57,930 nucleotides of DNA from Bacillota bacterium (GTDB taxonomy: Bacteria; Bacillota; Desulfotomaculia; Desulfotomaculales; Desulfallaceae): the NCBI GenBank assembly GCA_022360435.1, contig JAKSCU010000104.1, positions 1 to 57,930 of the forward strand. The letters run 5' to 3'. A program made the translations under genes and the position numbers. Below are positions 53,952 through 57,930 of this stretch, one piece after another; position 1 is the first letter of the stretch; every line of letters begins with the position of its first letter. Below the pieces are notes generated by a model that was not told where the DNA came from, did no database searches, and saw only the letters and a program-made list of their open reading frames with translations.

Positions 53952-53987
53952 AAAAGACTTTCGACTTTAGACTTTCGACTTTAGACT
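53952..53987. repeat. Tandem 14-nt repeat (AGACTTTCGACTTT x2.5) spanning the treZ stop codon; right arm of the inverted repeat
   Basis: AAAAGACTTTCGACTTTAGACTTTCGACTTTAGACT. On the minus strand it encodes the last residues SLKSKV-stop of TreZ. Confidence 0.75.
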
Positions 53988-55835
53988 GAATAAAACGCAA
54001 GTTCCTGGTCCCAGTTTCATTTGGATTTGCCCCGGGGAATCAAATTCAGCCGGCACGGTGCTTCCTTCCCCCAGCCACCTTTCTTCCGCAGTATCCAGCA
54101 GCTTGCGCCAGCGCCCCGCCGGTACCGGCAGGGCGGCGGACGTATTGGTTTCGCTGAAAGACAGGACCATGCACACCTGGCTGCCGCCGCTCCAGCGCCG
54201 GATGAATATAATCTTTTCCCGCACCCGGTCCAGCACCTCCATGTTGTCCCTATCCAGGTCGGCCAGCGCCGGCTCTTCTCGGCGCAATTGGAGCAGCTGG
54301 CGGTAGAGTTGGTAAAGCACCAGGTGGCGGCCCTGTCCGCGCAGCCCGTGGTTGAGCTTGGAACGCATGAAGGTGGTCTCATCCTGCGGATCCGGCACTT
54401 TTTTGTCCCAGCCGAAAGCGGCGAACTCCCGCCGCCGGCCCCGGCGCACCGCCGCGGTCAACTCCGGGTCGGAGTAGCTGGTGAAATACAGGAAAGGCGC
54501 TGTTTCGCCGTACTCCTCACCCATAAAAATAAGCGGGACAAAGGGGGAAAGGATGAATGCGCAGGCCGCCAGCTTCAGCCCGGCAAAGGAAGTCAGGGCG
54601 GCAAGTCTCTCCCCCAGGGCGCGGTTGCCCACTTGGTCGTGGTTTTGCGCGAAAACCACGAAGGAGTGGGCGGGGCAGAGCCGGGGAGGATTGCCGTGCC
54701 TGCGCTCCCGGTGCTCCGAATATTGGCCGGTGTAGACGTAGCCTTGCTTGTAAGCCCGGGCCAGAGGCGGCAGCCCGCCGAAGTCCCGGTAATACCCGTC
54801 CCGCTCCCCGGTCAGCAGGGAGTGCAGGGCGTGGTGGAAGTCGTCGGCCCACTGGGCGTCGAACCCGTAGCCCCCCGCTATAAAAGGCAGTATCACCCGG
54901 GGGTCGTTGAGGTCGCTTTCGGCGATCATGTACACCCTGCGCCCCAGCTTTTCGCTTCGCCGGCGTACTGCGTTGTTTATTTCCGCCAAAAAGGGCCGCG
55001 CTGAAAAGTCCTGGATGGCGTGCACCGCGTCCAGTCGGAACCCGTCGATGTGGAAGTCGGTCAGCCAATACAGGGCGTTTTGGATAAAGAAGCGCCGCAC
55101 TTCGTCGCTGCCAGGCCCGTCGAAATTGATGGCCGACCCCCAGGGGCCGGTGTAACGGTCGGTGAAATAAGGGCCGAAATCCGCCAGGTAGCTACCCTCG
55201 GGTCCCAGGTGGTTGTAAACCACGTCCAGGAGTACGGCCAGCCCTTTGGCGTGGCAGGCGTCCACCAGCCGCTGCAGGCCCCGGGGACCGCCATAAGTGT
55301 GCTGCACGGCGAAGGGATAGGCTCCGTCGTAACCCCAGTTGCGGTCCCCCGGAAATTGAGCCACCGGCATTATTTCCAGGGTGTTGACCCCCAGATCGCT
55401 CAGTTGATCCAGATGGGGGATGACGGCGTCGAATGTGCCCTCCGGTGTGAAGGTTCCCACGTGGAGCTCGTACAGAATTAGGTCGTGCCGGGACGGGATG
55501 CGCCAACCCCGGTCGGTCCAAGTGAATGCGCCGGTATCCACCAGCCGGGAAGGTCCGTGCACCCCTTCGGGTTGGTGACGCGAGGCCGGATCGGGACGTT
55601 CTTTCTTCCCGTCCAGCAGGTACCAGTAAAGGCTGCCCGGCTCAATGTCCTCGAAAATCCCGTGGTGGTAACCCCGTTCTTTGTGCTGCAGGAGCAGGGT
55701 TTGTTGCCGGGGCGACATTATGCGCACCTCCACCCGCCCGGCCAGCGGGGCCCAGACCAGAAACCGGCAGCGACCGTCGCCCAGGTACACGGCGCCGGGG
55801 CAGGCGCTTTCCGCTTTATACTCGTAGACCGTCAC
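53967..55835 (-). CDS. treZ: Malto-oligosyltrehalose trehalohydrolase TreZ (GH13)
   Basis: N-terminal E-set domain (RFLVWAP...VEVRI) and GH13 blocks (GFRLDAVHA, ESDLNDP, NHDQVGNR). GTG 55835 with GGAGG 8 nt upstream overlaps the malQ stop (GTGA). Confidence 0.9.
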   Translation of the reverse strand: MTVYEYKAESACPGAVYLGDGRCRFLVWAPLAGRVEVRIMSPRQQTLLLQHKERGYHHGIFEDIEPGSLYWYLLDGKKERPDPASRHQPEGVHGPSRLVDTGAFTWTDRGWRIPSRHDLILYELHVGTFTPEGTFDAVIPHLDQLSDLGVNTLEIMPVAQFPGDRNWGYDGAYPFAVQHTYGGPRGLQRLVDACHAKGLAVLLDVVYNHLGPEGSYLADFGPYFTDRYTGPWGSAINFDGPGSDEVRRFFIQNALYWLTDFHIDGFRLDAVHAIQDFSARPFLAEINNAVRRRSEKLGRRVYMIAESDLNDPRVILPFIAGGYGFDAQWADDFHHALHSLLTGERDGYYRDFGGLPPLARAYKQGYVYTGQYSEHRERRHGNPPRLCPAHSFVVFAQNHDQVGNRALGERLAALTSFAGLKLAACAFILSPFVPLIFMGEEYGETAPFLYFTSYSDPELTAAVRRGRRREFAAFGWDKKVPDPQDETTFMRSKLNHGLRGQGRHLVLYQLYRQLLQLRREEPALADLDRDNMEVLDRVREKIIFIRRWSGGSQVCMVLSFSETNTSAALPVPAGRWRKLLDTAEERWLGEGSTVPAEFDSPGQIQMKLGPGTCVLFSLKSKV

Positions 55836-57919
55836 ATTATTAGCCTCCGTTTTCTGAGCCGGTTGATTTTCCCTAGTATCCTCAACAACCCGGGAGCCCG
55901 GCTGAAAGCTTCCCAATCTCTGCGTGCTTTGCGCCGCCAGTTAGGTTTTTCCGGACCGGTGCCGGGAATGTTTTGGGGCGCCGTTTCCAGCCACAAATCC
56001 TCCAGGTTTATCATCACGATGCGCGCCCGCCCGGCGGCCAGGTATTTCAGGCAGGCGTGCAGGATCGCCTGCACGTTGTCCCGGGGAGCTTTCAGCAGGC
56101 CCCTGCGGTACAAAAATCTGGCCAGATCAAAGCGGATACCCGGTTTGCTTTGGCGCCAGAAGGTGGTAAAGGTGGGCATGTCGTGGGTGTTCAGGCTTGC
56201 CAGCGACCCGGTTGGAGCCTGGTTTAATCCCTGGCGGCGCACCCGCTGGAATTCGAAAGGCAGCACGTACATGCGGTGGAGTCCGTGCCGGTCCATGGAT
56301 GAGCGGACGGTGTCGGGAACGGTGCCCAGATCTTCACCTACCAGCAGGGTTTGGTGGCGCCGGGATTCCAGGGCTAAAATGGCGTAAAACTCCTTGTCCG
56401 GATAGCGCACGTAAACGCCTTCGCTTGCCGGCAGACCGGCGGGGATCCAGAAAAGCCGGTGCATCCCCATGATATGGTCAAGGCGCAGAATGCCGGCATG
56501 TACCAAGTGGTGGCGCAGGCAGGCGATGAAATAGCGGTAGCCTTGCTCCCGCAGCCGCTGGGGGTGCAGGGGCGGAAAGCCCCAGTTTTGTCCCCCGGCG
56601 TTAAGCCGGTCGGGCGGCGCGCCACAGGCGGCCGTGGTGGCGAATAGGTCTTGTTCGCGCCACACGTCGTAACCGCCGCCGTGCACTCCCAGCGGGAAAT
56701 CAAGATACAAGCCGGGTCCGCGTTCCCCGGCCCGGGCCGCAAGATGGCGAAACTGCTCCCGGGCCGTCCATTGCACATACAGGTGGTATCGTTCAACTGC
56801 CGGGTCGTAGTCATCGGGCTGTAGGTCTCCACCCCGCATTCGCAGGGGCCATTGGGTCCAGTCGGCGCGCCGCCGGCTGACCGCGGCCCGGAACCGGGCA
56901 TAATTCTGCGCCGCCGGGTTTTCCGTCACCCATTGGCGAAGGGCGGACAACCTTCGGGATTCCGCCGTGTAACAACATTTTGCCAGCAGTTCCAGGACCC
57001 TGCGCTTTAATTCCATTCCCCGTCGGTAGTCCACCAGGGGCGCCTGGCGCAGGGCCGCCATTTGCGCCCGGAACGCCGGGGAATTTAACAATTCCCGCGC
57101 CGGCGGGCATCGCTCCAGTTCGGGAATCCTGGTTACGTCCAGGTAGAACTCGTTCCAAAACATGCGGCTCACCGGCGCGTATGGGCTGGGGTCAAAGGGT
57201 TCGTCCAGGAAGGCGGCCAGCAGCGGCAGGGTACCGGCCAGGCTGCCTCCCAGGTTTTGCGTCCAATCCAGCAACTTCTCCAGATCGGCGACGTCGCCGG
57301 CGGCCCAACTCCGGCCCGAGCGCAGGGCGTACAGCGGCATAAACAGCCCCCATATCCGACCGGCGTCGGCGGGAAGATCGTACGCCCGGTCCGGCGCCGT
57401 TATGAGCGTTGTTGCGCAATAGCCTTCCGGCAACTGCAGGGTGAGCCGGTGATAGCCCGGCGGCAGCCCGGCGGGTAGTGGAACCTGCCGGCGGGTGTAT
57501 TCCACTCCTTCCAAGGTTTCGTTACCGGCAACGGCCAGGCGGTCCGGCTCGATGGTCCACTCCTGCGGTTCGCCATATTCCGGTTCCAGGCGGCATAAGA
57601 TGCCGCCCTCGGATTGGCCGGCCTCCAGGCGTAATTCCATATGGTTGTCTTCGCCGGTCCGGCAAACCGTCACGGGCTCGCAGCGACATTGCCACAGTTC
57701 CTGCCGGCGCCGGCGCAGCGCGTCCGGGATGTCCGCCGGGCCTGCCACCGGCGCCCCCAGCGCGGCCAGGACGGCCAGCAGCACGTGCGGCGGCGCCTGC
57801 CGGGGGCGGCCGGCAAAATCCCGGTATTCGGTTATGGCTCCGTACAGCCGGGCCAGTTGATGAAGGGAGCGGAGCACGCCTTCCTCCATGCCGTCAGCCT
57901 CCGTTGCGGTTATCAGCAT
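55832..57919 (-). CDS. malQ: 4-alpha-glucanotransferase MalQ (GH77) with N-terminal extension
   Basis: GH77 blocks (LRLDHIMGMHRLFWIP, LVGEDLGTVP, LNTHDMPT). The 695-aa long form has an N-terminal domain as in actinobacterial MalQ. Confidence 0.9.
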   Translation of the reverse strand: MLITATEADGMEEGVLRSLHQLARLYGAITEYRDFAGRPRQAPPHVLLAVLAALGAPVAGPADIPDALRRRRQELWQCRCEPVTVCRTGEDNHMELRLEAGQSEGGILCRLEPEYGEPQEWTIEPDRLAVAGNETLEGVEYTRRQVPLPAGLPPGYHRLTLQLPEGYCATTLITAPDRAYDLPADAGRIWGLFMPLYALRSGRSWAAGDVADLEKLLDWTQNLGGSLAGTLPLLAAFLDEPFDPSPYAPVSRMFWNEFYLDVTRIPELERCPPARELLNSPAFRAQMAALRQAPLVDYRRGMELKRRVLELLAKCCYTAESRRLSALRQWVTENPAAQNYARFRAAVSRRRADWTQWPLRMRGGDLQPDDYDPAVERYHLYVQWTAREQFRHLAARAGERGPGLYLDFPLGVHGGGYDVWREQDLFATTAACGAPPDRLNAGGQNWGFPPLHPQRLREQGYRYFIACLRHHLVHAGILRLDHIMGMHRLFWIPAGLPASEGVYVRYPDKEFYAILALESRRHQTLLVGEDLGTVPDTVRSSMDRHGLHRMYVLPFEFQRVRRQGLNQAPTGSLASLNTHDMPTFTTFWRQSKPGIRFDLARFLYRRGLLKAPRDNVQAILHACLKYLAAGRARIVMINLEDLWLETAPQNIPGTGPEKPNWRRKARRDWEAFSRAPGLLRILGKINRLRKRRLIM

Positions 57920-57930
57920 AGTTGTTGGAA

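Overview
Chromosomal window from a GC-rich, apparently spore-forming Firmicute. A Peptococcaceae/Desulfotomaculum-like origin is my guess from gene content and protein motifs; I ran no search. Gene order, left to right: (1) heat-shock operon dnaK(3' end)-grpE-dnaJ/cbpA-like-cbpM/hspR-like-clpB. (2) A cytoplasmic PAS sensor histidine kinase. (3) An AT-rich patch of small membrane/unknown genes. (4) A CoA-transferase behind a sigma54-type promoter, then an HD-GYP protein, a PAS/sigma54 enhancer-binding protein, an EamA transporter, Asp23, and a two-gene phosphodiester-glycosidase operon. (5) TetR plus a membrane protein, and XRE plus a DUF1659/DUF2922/YvrJ module. (6) An AT-rich patch with a secreted protein, a peptidase remnant and a 3-hydroxyacyl-CoA dehydrogenase. 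(7) Two wall-associated proteins (LysM type and copper-amine-oxidase-N-domain type). (8) An FCD/GntR regulator followed by a translationally coupled six-gene operon: small unknown protein, SelA-like PLP enzyme, TrmFO/GidA-like flavoprotein, small protein, single-chain cobalamin (DxHxxG) mutase, P-loop NTPase. A transporter and an ACT-less aspartokinase follow, both behind related GC-rich leader motifs. (9) A PAS4-GGDEF-HD-GYP protein, merR-htpX, and an AT-rich island. (10) A P-type ATPase and a trehalose/alpha-glucan cluster (treT; malQ-treZ-GH57-treY). The three most unusual signals are: (a) a ~100-nt structured intergenic repeat family with at least 10 copies and compensatory stem changes; (b) the uncharacterised cobalamin/PLP/FAD operon; (c) three related, unclassified leader-RNA-like motifs. 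Many long antisense ORFs in the track are shadow ORFs of GC-rich genes and were ignored.
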